Assembly: GCA_024276825.1 (NCBI GenBank)
Contig: JAJRWI010000010.1
Location: forward strand, 64,001 to 128,000
DNA from: an archaeon
Lineage (GTDB): Archaea; Asgardarchaeota; Thorarchaeia; Thorarchaeales; Thorarchaeaceae
Reading direction: 5' to 3'
Length of the DNA stretch: 64,000 bases
Position numbers and translations under genes: made by a program. This document shows, piece by piece, positions 39,862-49,587 of this stretch (positions are counted from its first letter, which is position 1; every line of letters begins with the position of its first letter). Under the pieces are notes generated by a model. It ran no database searches, was not told the DNA's origin, and saw only the letters and a list, made by a program, of their open reading frames with translations.

Positions 39862-39939
39862 GGGGCCGTAGTCTAGCATGGATAAGGCGCCAGCCTGCGG
39901 AGTTGGTCTTCCCCGGTTCGAATCCGGGCGGTCCCGCCA
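39862..39939 (+). tRNA. tRNA-Arg(GCG)
   Basis: Cloverleaf GGGGCCG...CGGTCCC-G-CCA, anticodon GCG at 39897-39899. Confidence 0.96.
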
Positions 39940-40116
39940 TTATTCAGATTTTGAGTTCGGACATATCCGAATTCTTGTTTTGTAGGAGGTTATAAAGTAG
40001 AAAATTAACTCAATTATGGTCGTCATATTGGAAGCTGACTATCAAGTCCTTTCAGGCGATTGATTCGGTGTAAGATCATCGTAATGATAGCAAAAGACTA
40101 TGGAGTCAGGTCACCT

Positions 40117-40311
40117 ATGAGTGTGAGTGAAGAGGTGGAAGATCACACAGAGGAAGTGGTTGAGAAGTTCACCAAATACCTGAATGGGCCTCAAGGGAAG
40201 GTTGTTCGCGAGTCAATGGAGGACAATGAGAGTTATATATTGAAGACCAAGGATTGCACAATGCGAGTGACAAAGAAGGGCCTCAAAATCGAAGTAGAAG
40301 TCATAGATTAG
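40117..40311 (+). CDS. Small hypothetical protein
   Basis: A 64-aa ORF (MSVSEEVED...) with protein-like composition. Confidence 0.5.
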   Translation: MSVSEEVEDHTEEVVEKFTKYLNGPQGKVVRESMEDNESYILKTKDCTMRVTKKGLKIEVEVID

Positions 40312-40370
40312 CAGAGTAATTTATGTCTGTATTTTTTCTCAATTGTGTTCAAGGCTAATGCTGGGCATGA

Positions 40371-40904
40371 TCAGACAGAGGTCTGCCAACGTTGAAGTTT
40401 CTGGAACACTTGCATGATGACTTTTGCACGTGCAGCCTGTAGTTCGGCCTCTTCACGGGTGAGTTCACGAACCTGTGATGCAGGAACTCCAGAATTGAGA
40501 CTTCTTGGGGGAATTACAACATTTGCCGGCACGATACTTCCAGGGGTCAGCATGACGCCCTCGCCAAGTGTGGCCCCATCAAAAATAACACATCCCTCGC
40601 CAATATTCACATTATCACCGATGTATACACCATGAATGACAGATGCTGTACCAATGATGCTAAGGTCGCCAATTATAGCTGGGTTCTCCTCGGAATGTGC
40701 ATGAATCACAACGCTATCTTGAATGCATGTGCCTTCGCCAATCTTGACCGATGCAGCATCTCCACGGATGACCGCCCCTGGCCAGACACTGGCATTTGCA
40801 CTGATCTCCACATTACCAACAATTGTGGCCTGCGGACTGATATATGCCTTTGAATCAATCTTTGGACTTTTGTCACCAAACGGAAGAATTGGCAGTGAAT
40901 CCAC
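40371..40904 (-). CDS. Gamma-carbonic-anhydrase-like (YrdA/PaaY) hexapeptide protein
   Basis: SVWPGAVIRGD, IQD..VIH, hexapeptide repeats and G.PA..VREL. Confidence 0.88.
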   Translation of the reverse strand: MDSLPILPFGDKSPKIDSKAYISPQATIVGNVEISANASVWPGAVIRGDAASVKIGEGTCIQDSVVIHAHSEENPAIIGDLSIIGTASVIHGVYIGDNVNIGEGCVIFDGATLGEGVMLTPGSIVPANVVIPPRSLNSGVPASQVRELTREEAELQAARAKVIMQVFQKLQRWQTSV

Positions 40905-40976
40905 CTCACTTTGGTTTTGTAGAGTTCTATATCATGCTCTAATAAACAATATGTGAGTCAGAAAAATGAAAAAATG

Positions 40977-40993
40977 CCCCTGTGAAACAGGGG
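40977..40993 (-). terminator. Hairpin plus T-tract after thioredoxin
   Basis: CCCCTGT-GAA-ACAGGGG next to A runs (T runs on the minus strand). Confidence 0.5.
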
Positions 40994-41015
40994 AACTGTG
41001 TCGAGAATTGTTGAA

Positions 41016-41378
41016 TTACTCATTCAGGAGTTGTTCAGCAATCTCTTCATAGACTTCCATGGGCTGCACGCCAACGAGTTTGTCCATCTGGTTACCACGG
41101 CCATCATCAAAAACGACATGCTGTCCGTCCTTGTAGATGATAACACTTGGGACTCCACGGATTTGATGCATCATGCTGAATTCCTGATTCTGGTCAACAT
41201 CAATCTTTACAACTTTTAGGCCCTTGTCGCCATATTTCTCTTCAATCTCCTCAAGCATTGGGGACAGTACCTTGCATGGACCACACCACACTGCATGACA
41301 ATCCACAAAAACAACTTTGTGTTCTTGGAGTATCGAGTCTAGCTCATCAGCCATTATTTCTTGTACCATAGTAGCCAT
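41016..41378 (-). CDS. trxA: Thioredoxin
   Basis: WCGPC active site, KIDVD and IRGVP. Confidence 0.93.
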   Translation of the reverse strand: MATMVQEIMADELDSILQEHKVVFVDCHAVWCGPCKVLSPMLEEIEEKYGDKGLKVVKIDVDQNQEFSMMHQIRGVPSVIIYKDGQHVVFDDGRGNQMDKLVGVQPMEVYEEIAEQLLNE

Positions 41379-41491
41379 CTCTATTCATCTCTTCGAATTG
41401 TTTGTTTCTTAACCCTTCCTATAATGGTCGGTTGTGCATAATTGCGAACAACCGCTTTTAATAATATCGATGGTGGCCATTAATCCCAAGT

Positions 41492-44218
41492 TTGATAAAG
41501 CAAAAGTGGAGTGCTCAGAGTATCTTGCCAGTCCTACATTGCCCCAATTGTGGAAGTACTTTGAAGATCAGAAGAACACGATTAATAGCTCCTAAGCCAT
41601 ATCTTGAAACGCCTAAAGGAGGCAATGTCTGGTCTGTCAGCTGCATGACATGTGGTGTCGAATACTTTGTGGACGCCACACAGAACGACCTGTTTGATGC
41701 GTTTGATGCATTCTCCAGAGCAATAAAGGACGGCACACTCAAACCGCGTTATGAGGGGCCCTCACCAGATCCCAGGACACTTATCGTTGAAGAGAGAGTC
41801 ATAGAGAGTGATGCTAGGGGAAGGAGAAGCACAAAAGCACGAGTTCAAACACTGAGTGAGATTGACAGAGTCTTGTCACGGGGCGGCCAGAGTCTTGATG
41901 GTCTTCCCAAGTCAATTCAGAGTCTTATTAAGAACACACCAGACAGGTTGGTCCATTACAAATACATGCCACCAACTGAGGCAGAGTATGGATGTACAGT
42001 TGATGAGTTGAAGATTCCAAAGCGGCTAAGGGAGTATTTGAAGTCCAAGGGATTCAAGCAGTTGTACAGGTTTCAGGAGGAGTGCTTCAATGCAATCCTT
42101 GCTGGTGAGAATGTGGTCATATCAGCACCCACAGCTCAGGGAAAGACTGAAGGGTTCATCCTTCCGATAATCAGATTACTGCTTCAAAACATTGAGGATG
42201 CATATGCAGAACCAGGTGTCAGAGCAGTTCTCATATATCCAACAAAGGCTCTGGCGCGAGACCAGTATGAAAAGCTCAAGAAGATGTGTAATGTTGCAGG
42301 TCTCGAGGTTGGTATTTTTGACGGGGATGTTTCACAGACGGAGAGGAGGAGGTTATATGAGAGACCTCCAGATGTCCTACTTACCAATCCTGATGTTCTG
42401 AGTTATCATCTTGGCTGGAGTCAATCCCATCTGATATCATTGCTGCGCACTGTAAGGCATCTTGTGCTTGATGAGATTCATCTGTACACAGGATCATTCG
42501 GATCAAATGTGTACTATATTCTAAAGCGCCTGAAGATGGAAACTGAAAACCCCATACAGCTGATTGGTGCATCAGCCACAATTGCGAATCCCAAGGAGTT
42601 TGCTGAGATATTGTTTGACTCTAAGGTCACACTGATAGAGTCAAAGAGCGCAAAGCGGGGCCCTATCCATTTTCTGATGTATTATCCAGAAGTGGCCACA
42701 AAATACAGTATGATTGTGAATATTGTAAAAGAGCTGGTGAAACACAAGTTCAGAATCCTAGTATTTGGAAATACTCATTCGGAAGCCGAGATCATCAACA
42801 TGATTCTGAAGCGGCAGAAGGTAATGTCGAAGATCCATAGAGGGGGATTGACAAAGAGATATAGAAACAAAGTGGAAGACGAGTTTAGAACTGGAAAACT
42901 GCCAGTGCTTGTGTCTACACCAACATTGGAGTTGGGCATTGATATAGGGCACCTTGACAGTGTTGTCAGCATGATTGTTTCGGTCACTCGCCTGACACAA
43001 AGAATCGGGAGGGCTGGAAGGAAGGGGCAAGAGAGTGTTGCAGTGCTTGCGTTGAGGGATAATGACCCTATTTCGACATTCTATAGATATCAGCCAGAGA
43101 AGTATTTCACAGATATTGATGCCGCATTTGTTGAGCCCAATAATGAAGTCGTGAGCAGATTTCAATTAATAGCAGCCGCCCTCTCGGGAAAATTGAGAGT
43201 TTCAGACTTTCTGTATCAAAAGAGAGTGCTACAAGAACTGGAGAAAGAGGGGCTCATCAAGATTCAGGATGATGGAAAGGTAAGAGTAGTAGACTTTGCA
43301 AGGGCCCAAAAGACATGGAGAAACTACAACATAAGAGGTATTGGTGATCCTGTTTCAATTGTTCATGATGGGAAGACAATCGGAACAAGGACCATGCCCA
43401 TGGCAGCACAGGAGCTCCATCCAGGTGCAATCTATCTCCACGGCGGAGAAACATATCTTTCAAAGGAGTTCAAGTATACCCCAGGAATGGGGAGGGCAAA
43501 GGTAATCAAGATACCAGACCCAAATGAGCACACGAGGCCTCTGTATAGCACAATGCCAAAGATCATTGAGATTCATGAGCGTTCAAAGGTGTTTGGTCTT
43601 GATCTGATGTATTGTACTCTAGAGCTCACCCAGAATGTCCATGGCTATGTGAAACTTCAGACATATCCGCGCAAGATACTCGGAAAATACATGATCTCAC
43701 CTGAACTGACATATCAGTACAAGACAAGAGGGTTTGTCTTTACAGCCCCAGCTCCAACTTCAGAAGTGATCTCCGAAGGACTCAATGAGATGAGGATAGA
43801 CTCGACAATGATTGCAGACCCTGTGAACCTCTATGGAGGATCATTTCACGCACTGGAGCATGTTTTAATAGAGTCAAGCGGGATGTTGACCGGAGGAAGC
43901 ACACGTGAAATTGGGGGCATATCGATGGGCGATTCTGGGATCATCTTTGTGTATGATGGCGCTCCAGGAGGAAATGGTGCATCACGACTGCTATATAGTA
44001 GACTTGAAGAGGCATTCAGGAGAGTCAGAACTATCTTAGAAAGGTGTGAATGTACAAATATTGACGGCTGTCCAATGTGCACCTATTCATACTATTGTGG
44101 TAACAATAATGAACCATTGTATAAGAGGGGTGCATTGTCGAGCGTTATTCAGATACTTGGTGGCGGAGAAACAACAGTTGATACAAAAGAGTATCTTGGC
44201 CATGAACCAGTGGTCTAA
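41492..44218 (+). CDS. Hrq1/MrfA (SftH)-like DEAH helicase with DUF1998 and an N-terminal Zn ribbon
   Basis: PTAQGKT, DEIH, SAT, QRIGRAGR, and C-terminal YDGAPGGNG...CEC..GCPMC...CGNNN. Confidence 0.9.
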   Translation: MIKQKWSAQSILPVLHCPNCGSTLKIRRTRLIAPKPYLETPKGGNVWSVSCMTCGVEYFVDATQNDLFDAFDAFSRAIKDGTLKPRYEGPSPDPRTLIVEERVIESDARGRRSTKARVQTLSEIDRVLSRGGQSLDGLPKSIQSLIKNTPDRLVHYKYMPPTEAEYGCTVDELKIPKRLREYLKSKGFKQLYRFQEECFNAILAGENVVISAPTAQGKTEGFILPIIRLLLQNIEDAYAEPGVRAVLIYPTKALARDQYEKLKKMCNVAGLEVGIFDGDVSQTERRRLYERPPDVLLTNPDVLSYHLGWSQSHLISLLRTVRHLVLDEIHLYTGSFGSNVYYILKRLKMETENPIQLIGASATIANPKEFAEILFDSKVTLIESKSAKRGPIHFLMYYPEVATKYSMIVNIVKELVKHKFRILVFGNTHSEAEIINMILKRQKVMSKIHRGGLTKRYRNKVEDEFRTGKLPVLVSTPTLELGIDIGHLDSVVSMIVSVTRLTQRIGRAGRKGQESVAVLALRDNDPISTFYRYQPEKYFTDIDAAFVEPNNEVVSRFQLIAAALSGKLRVSDFLYQKRVLQELEKEGLIKIQDDGKVRVVDFARAQKTWRNYNIRGIGDPVSIVHDGKTIGTRTMPMAAQELHPGAIYLHGGETYLSKEFKYTPGMGRAKVIKIPDPNEHTRPLYSTMPKIIEIHERSKVFGLDLMYCTLELTQNVHGYVKLQTYPRKILGKYMISPELTYQYKTRGFVFTAPAPTSEVISEGLNEMRIDSTMIADPVNLYGGSFHALEHVLIESSGMLTGGSTREIGGISMGDSGIIFVYDGAPGGNGASRLLYSRLEEAFRRVRTILERCECTNIDGCPMCTYSYYCGNNNEPLYKRGALSSVIQILGGGETTVDTKEYLGHEPVV

Positions 44219-44235
44219 CAATTGGAGGCTTATGT

Positions 44236-46170
44236 TTGATAAAGTTCCTGATTGGTCGCGGACATGATGGTCCTGCGCGCATCGGAAAACTTCAGAGAGA
44301 TGGCAGTGTAGTAAGCATCCCTGCATTGTTATCACAGGAGAGAGGAGAGAGTCAGCGACCGTATTATGTAGTTGTTGAGTCAGAGAGTCATAGGATATGG
44401 GAGCCAATACATTCTATGAAGTCCTTGCTGTTCTTGCGAGAAGACAACTGGATGGATGATGAACTATTCCTAATGCCTTCAATCCCTGCAATTGGTGCAC
44501 TTGGATCAGATGTCGCAGAGTTAGTGCTAGCAAGGCAATACGAGTTATTGGTCGACAAGGAGAAAACGACCCGAAATAATGCAATCATCAGGATCCCTTA
44601 TTCAATCAGGCCTGAACGAATTGGGAGAATTATGGACGATTTTAACAGGATTGGTGTGAACAAGGCAGCCTTCACCTTTGATGGAACCCTAGGCCAGAGG
44701 GATATGTCAAACATAGTACTGAGAAGCAAAGTTCCACCCAACTGGTTGATCATTGCCCTTGGAAGAATAGATGTACATATGATCCCAATACTCTACTATC
44801 TGGGATTTGATATCTTTGACATCGGACGAGCTCACGAGGCCGCTTCTGACGGAATAAGGGTCTGGGAGAATTCTGTTGAGAGCATGTTAGATAGCAAATA
44901 TCATAGATTCTGCTCCTGTTCTACCTGCTCGAAGATTGATAACTTTGACAATCTCACCAGGGATGAACTGACAGAAGCGCTTCTTCAGCACAATATTAAA
45001 AGATACTGTGAAGTTCTCTCAGAGAGCCAGATTGCCATGCGTAACGGAAGGTTAAGGTGGCTTGTGGAAACATCCACGCATGCCACACCCGCTCTGGCTG
45101 CGTTTATCAGACAAGCGAACAAAATACTATTCGATTTTCTTGAAGAGTATACACCAACTTCATATCAGAAGGAGCTGCCATTGATTGGCCCCGAGTCCTA
45201 CAATTCGCCTGCTGTAAAACGATTTCGTGACAGGGTTGCTAAGCGATATAGTCCGCCAAAACACAAGAGTGCTGTGCTTCTCTTACCATGTTCAGCAAGG
45301 AAACCCTACTCAGAATCAAGGTCGCACAAGCGATTCATATCATCAATTGAGAGAGCCATTGGGAGCGCAAGGTCATCACTTGCGGAGATCATTCTTACAT
45401 CGCCCCTTGGAGTTGTGCCTAGAGAGTTAGAACGTGTGTTTCCTGCCGCAAATTATGATATTCCTGTCACTGGGGACTGGGATGATGAGGAAATCAGTAT
45501 AGGAGCTAAAGCACTATGGACAATACTTACAAAGTATCCTGAAGATGCCCCAGTGATTGCACATGTGTCAGGCGGATACTACAAGATTGTAAAGAGAGCA
45601 GAGGGTGAAATGAAGCAGAGTATAATATACACAACACATGACTCTTCTGCGACCAGTCAGGATTCGCTCAATACACTCTCAGAGGTCCTGAAGCACATCA
45701 GGGACAAGGGGCTTCTTAAATCACAGAAACCAACAACAATCAGTGATACATTGAGCGCTGTTGCAGACTTTCAGTTTGGCAGTGGTGCAAGAGACCTTTT
45801 AGTACCAAAGGAAACGCGTTTCAAGGGAAAGATATACAACATGATAATGTGCTTCGATCAAAGGGCCCAGACTTGCAGTTTTTTGGGAAGCACTGGATCA
45901 ATAATTCTGACTCTTGAGGGTGGTCGGAGAATAAGGGAACTCGGGAGATATTGGGTCAGGTTTGAAGGTGATAGGATAAGGGGCAGTTCCATATTCGCAA
46001 TGGGCGTGAATCAAGCAGACCCCGAGATTCGTCCGGGAGATGAGGTTATAGTATTGGATCAGAATGATGATGTGATTGCTGTGGGCAGGAGCGAGATGTC
46101 AGGCAGGGAGATGTGTATGTTGGACAGAGGAATTGCTGTGGCTTTACGACATAAGAGGAAGGGGGACTAG
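44236..46170 (+). CDS. arcS: Archaeosine synthase alpha subunit (TGT-like, DUF5591, PUA)
   Basis: DGPARIG, LPCSARKPYSESRSH, TSPLGVVPRELE, YDIPVTGDW and a PUA domain. Confidence 0.9.
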   Translation: MIKFLIGRGHDGPARIGKLQRDGSVVSIPALLSQERGESQRPYYVVVESESHRIWEPIHSMKSLLFLREDNWMDDELFLMPSIPAIGALGSDVAELVLARQYELLVDKEKTTRNNAIIRIPYSIRPERIGRIMDDFNRIGVNKAAFTFDGTLGQRDMSNIVLRSKVPPNWLIIALGRIDVHMIPILYYLGFDIFDIGRAHEAASDGIRVWENSVESMLDSKYHRFCSCSTCSKIDNFDNLTRDELTEALLQHNIKRYCEVLSESQIAMRNGRLRWLVETSTHATPALAAFIRQANKILFDFLEEYTPTSYQKELPLIGPESYNSPAVKRFRDRVAKRYSPPKHKSAVLLLPCSARKPYSESRSHKRFISSIERAIGSARSSLAEIILTSPLGVVPRELERVFPAANYDIPVTGDWDDEEISIGAKALWTILTKYPEDAPVIAHVSGGYYKIVKRAEGEMKQSIIYTTHDSSATSQDSLNTLSEVLKHIRDKGLLKSQKPTTISDTLSAVADFQFGSGARDLLVPKETRFKGKIYNMIMCFDQRAQTCSFLGSTGSIILTLEGGRRIRELGRYWVRFEGDRIRGSSIFAMGVNQADPEIRPGDEVIVLDQNDDVIAVGRSEMSGREMCMLDRGIAVALRHKRKGD

Positions 46171-46173
46171 GCC

Positions 46174-47256
46174 ATGCCTTCGATCAATGAGAAGATTCAC
46201 GGGTTCATAAAGAGGGCTAATGTTCAGGCCAGAGGCAGCTCCATCAATAGACGATATAGACGTAATCTGAGCGCCCCATCTGCTGCATGGATTGCACCAT
46301 CTCTTATTGGAAGAACGCAGGCAAAGGCAATAGCCATAGTGCTTGCAACTATTGGATGTTCACATGCTCGGGAGGAAGACGGGGGTTGCACAATGTGCAG
46401 TTACCTCTTAGATGGCTCTGGTGTCATGCCAACAAATGTGGAACTCATCAAGCAGTTTGAGAGAGGATACACCAAAGCAAATAATGAGCAGAAACCCTTG
46501 TCGGTCAAAATCTATACCAGCGGAAGTTTCCTTGACTCGGATGAAGTTTCACCAGAGGTGAGGATGGAGATTTTGAGGAGAGTCGGTTCTGATGATAGAG
46601 TGACTGAAGTAATCATCGAGTCCAGACCCGAGTTCGTAACTGATAGGACCATGCAAGACTTGAGGGAAAGACTGAGCGATAGAAGAATAGAGATTGGCAT
46701 GGGGCTTGAGAGCGCAAATGATGTGATTCGAGAAGTATGCATCAACAAAGGGTTTACTCTGACTGAGTTTCAACATGCTCTGGAAACCGCAAGAAAGTAT
46801 GATATTGGAACACGAGCATATGTTCTTCTAAAGCCGCCGTTTCTCACTGAGAGCCAGTCCCAAGCTGATGCCTTACAGACAATCAAGACCTGTGCAGATA
46901 TTGGGGTGACTACAGTATCTGTGAACCCTGTTAATATTCAGAAGAACACACTTGTTGAGAAGCTATGGTCTAGGGGATCATATAGACCACCATGGCTCTG
47001 GACACTGATTTCGGTGCTAAGGCGAGCAAGACAGGAAATTGATGATTCAGTGAATATTGTCTGCGATCCGGTCGCTGCTGGAAAATCAAGGGGGGTTCAT
47101 AACTGTGGTAAGTGTGATGAGAGAGTTGTCAGGGCAATACGAGAGTTTTCACTGACACAGAATGAGGATGTTTTTGAGGGGCTTGATTGTGATTGTAAGG
47201 AGAAATGGCATCATACCTTACAACATGAAGACATATCATTTCTCATTCATCGGTAG
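46174..47256 (+). CDS. raSEA: Archaeosine biosynthesis radical SAM enzyme RaSEA
   Basis: GC......GGCTMC, KIYTSGSFLD, ESRPE, LLKPPFL, YRPPWLW and RG.HNCGKCD. Adjacent to arcS. Confidence 0.92.
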   Translation: MPSINEKIHGFIKRANVQARGSSINRRYRRNLSAPSAAWIAPSLIGRTQAKAIAIVLATIGCSHAREEDGGCTMCSYLLDGSGVMPTNVELIKQFERGYTKANNEQKPLSVKIYTSGSFLDSDEVSPEVRMEILRRVGSDDRVTEVIIESRPEFVTDRTMQDLRERLSDRRIEIGMGLESANDVIREVCINKGFTLTEFQHALETARKYDIGTRAYVLLKPPFLTESQSQADALQTIKTCADIGVTTVSVNPVNIQKNTLVEKLWSRGSYRPPWLWTLISVLRRARQEIDDSVNIVCDPVAAGKSRGVHNCGKCDERVVRAIREFSLTQNEDVFEGLDCDCKEKWHHTLQHEDISFLIHR

Positions 47257-47336
47257 AGGTTTGATCCCAATCTCCATGAAAAAGGCTTAAAGAGTCACAA
47301 TGAGGAGAACCAGTTGTACATAGAGAGGTCTGAATA

Positions 47337-47690
47337 ATGCCAGAGTATATCACACGTGTTTCAATTTGGTTTAATAGTGAAGGTGCTTCTCCAGCCAAAG
47401 TGATCAAAAAGCTGACAGCTTTAGGATTCACTCCGGTGCGGGGTGTATACGATTTTGTCTATAAACATGACAAGTCCATGGATATGACTGAAACAGAACT
47501 AAGTAATGCAATAATAGATATCTCAAATGCGCTACATGCTGCACTCTCAGGCTTTAAAGTTCTATACAACCTAGACACCCACCCACTTGATGAGGGTGAG
47601 GACTATTTTCCCTTGGAGATTATTGATGCAGAGCTTGAAGAAACACGTAGAGAGATCAATGAAATAGAGAAAGAGGCCAATGCTGGGTGA
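47337..47690 (+). CDS. Conserved archaeal-type hypothetical protein
   Basis: WFNSEGASP...LGF.PVRG.YDFVY pattern and an acidic C-terminal helix. Confidence 0.65.
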   Translation: MPEYITRVSIWFNSEGASPAKVIKKLTALGFTPVRGVYDFVYKHDKSMDMTETELSNAIIDISNALHAALSGFKVLYNLDTHPLDEGEDYFPLEIIDAELEETRREINEIEKEANAG

Positions 47691-47739
47691 GTTGCAAAAG
47701 CTCGAACATTTTCTAAGTTCGTCAGACATTCAATAAATC

Positions 47740-47765
47740 GAGCTGGGGGGCAATTTCCCCAGCTC
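47740..47765. terminator. GC-rich hairpin between convergent genes
   Basis: GAGCTGGGG-N8-CCCCAGCTC. Confidence 0.5.
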
Positions 47766-47786
47766 TGAGGGAGGAGTTGAGTGAAC

Positions 47787-49568
47787 TTAGTCAGATGTCA
47801 CTACAGGCTCACGACGGTCGTATTCACCCTCGCCCTGAATGGTGACTCTGATCTTCTTTTGGTCCCCAGGATTCATTCTTTCGAATATCCAGACTAAATC
47901 AGTGCCGTCATCAACAGGTTGCTGGCGTGGTTCAAGGTCTTCTGGTTCAATACCAACCACTTCAAATCCTCGAGGAATCCAATCGGAAACTTTGACATTC
48001 TCAACAGTCACTTCACCTTTATTCTCTATCACAAGAACCAAGATGTATTGGCCAGCTTCTGTTCCCTTGTTGATAGCCTTCTTGGCTGAGATTCGTCTCT
48101 TCTTGTAGATAATTCCAATCTTATGGCCGTCCTCAGCGCTGGCAACCTCGGTCTCGATGCCTGGAGGATAGGTGTTTGCAAAGCAGTGAATTGGTGAGGG
48201 ATATTCTTTCTCAGGACGACTCTTCCATGCCATTATCGAGTAGTTTATCCTTATGCTCTCACCAGGTTGAAGTTCACCAACAGAGTCCTTCAGGTCAGAG
48301 ATTTTGAATGTCAGTGTATGCGGGTGGTTGGGATCTTGGTCTTCGGGATCTATAGCAAATTCAAAATTGCCTGTATATTCCTCACCTCGAATGTATATCT
48401 CGATGTATTCTTTTGTAGGCGGCATGACATCATCAGGCAGTTTGTCAATTACTGTAATCTCGTTGATCTTTGCAGTGCCAGCGTTCCTTACTTCAATATT
48501 TACCTCTACTGGCGTTTTGTCAAAGCTGTTGACCTCTGGCGGGTCAAATGTCTTGGTATATTCTATCTTGTAGACGGGTATGGACTGGGCGGCCTTCTCA
48601 ATTGTGCCCAACACTCTCTTTGTGACAATGTTCACTGGGGTGTAGATGACCTCTTGTGAGCACTTGGGCTGGGACTTGCTCTCCATCTGAAATGAACTGG
48701 TCCATTCAGTACCCGGTCCCAGTTCTATTTCTGGGCTCTCATCAATTCGTTTCTCTTTTGTGCCAGACTCTTCAGACTCAACATAAACTTCAGCCTTGTC
48801 AAGGCGGATTACTAGATCACTCTCATTGGAACACTCCAGAGTGACCTCCCAGTTATTGGGTTCGTTCTCTGCGGAGTCAATGCCTGTGAGAAACTCGGTG
48901 AGGGCAGTCAGGTCAGGTGCCAGTAGTGAGCGCTGTTGGCCCTCAGCACGATATGTGACAACAACCTGTCCAGCATCTTTTTCCTCAGCATCTTCGACGT
49001 TTGCAGTGGCAGTAAACACGAGTTCATTCTCCTCATGGGGATAGATGACAAAGTCTTTCCATATGATCTGTCGGGTACCATCATCATATTCAGCTGTTCC
49101 TGACTTCACCTGCTCGATGGTCACATTGCTTAGTTCAGGAGGGACTGTTTTATTGAGAACGATGTTATCAATCTCGCCATCGGTTTCATTCTTTACACGA
49201 ATCGTCACTCGTAGAAGATTGTCTTTTCCAAAGCAATAAGCCCAATGAGGCTCCTCTGTGGTGACTTCACCGCAGGTGTCGTAGGTTTCCGACAGTGTCA
49301 GAATTGGCGATTCAACTGTCACCTTATACCTGTGTTGCCAAGAGCTGCCTGCATCAATCTCACCAGCCAGTAAGACATCCTCAGTGATGTCAGTCTGGTC
49401 CCGTGTGTCACTTAGTAGAACTCGCACATTCCAGACACGACATCTCTCAGAGGGGTTCTTGACAGTCAAGACACCAAAAGCCTCAATATTCTCCAGTTCA
49501 CTTAATTCGCCAAGCTGAGTTCTTTCAGTTTCTTCAATGTCAATTATGACCTTCTTTTGTTCACTCAA
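47787..49568 (-). CDS. Cytoplasmic multi-beta-sandwich protein; N-terminal mu-homology-domain-like region plus Ig/DUF11-like repeats
   Basis: No signal peptide or TM, and acidic. Repeated N.G...V.D.LP and W....l.PG strands. See findings for the MHD-like segments. Confidence 0.6.
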   Translation of the reverse strand: MSEQKKVIIDIEETERTQLGELSELENIEAFGVLTVKNPSERCRVWNVRVLLSDTRDQTDITEDVLLAGEIDAGSSWQHRYKVTVESPILTLSETYDTCGEVTTEEPHWAYCFGKDNLLRVTIRVKNETDGEIDNIVLNKTVPPELSNVTIEQVKSGTAEYDDGTRQIIWKDFVIYPHEENELVFTATANVEDAEEKDAGQVVVTYRAEGQQRSLLAPDLTALTEFLTGIDSAENEPNNWEVTLECSNESDLVIRLDKAEVYVESEESGTKEKRIDESPEIELGPGTEWTSSFQMESKSQPKCSQEVIYTPVNIVTKRVLGTIEKAAQSIPVYKIEYTKTFDPPEVNSFDKTPVEVNIEVRNAGTAKINEITVIDKLPDDVMPPTKEYIEIYIRGEEYTGNFEFAIDPEDQDPNHPHTLTFKISDLKDSVGELQPGESIRINYSIMAWKSRPEKEYPSPIHCFANTYPPGIETEVASAEDGHKIGIIYKKRRISAKKAINKGTEAGQYILVLVIENKGEVTVENVKVSDWIPRGFEVVGIEPEDLEPRQQPVDDGTDLVWIFERMNPGDQKKIRVTIQGEGEYDRREPVVTSD

Positions 49569-49587
49569 TTTTCTTCATCCTCCCATC

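Noticed and set aside
36503-39939. Integrated virus or plasmid with attL/attR
   Set aside because: There are no integrase, replication or capsid genes, and both repeats are complete tRNAs with different anticodons rather than one full and one partial att copy. It is reported as an islet instead.
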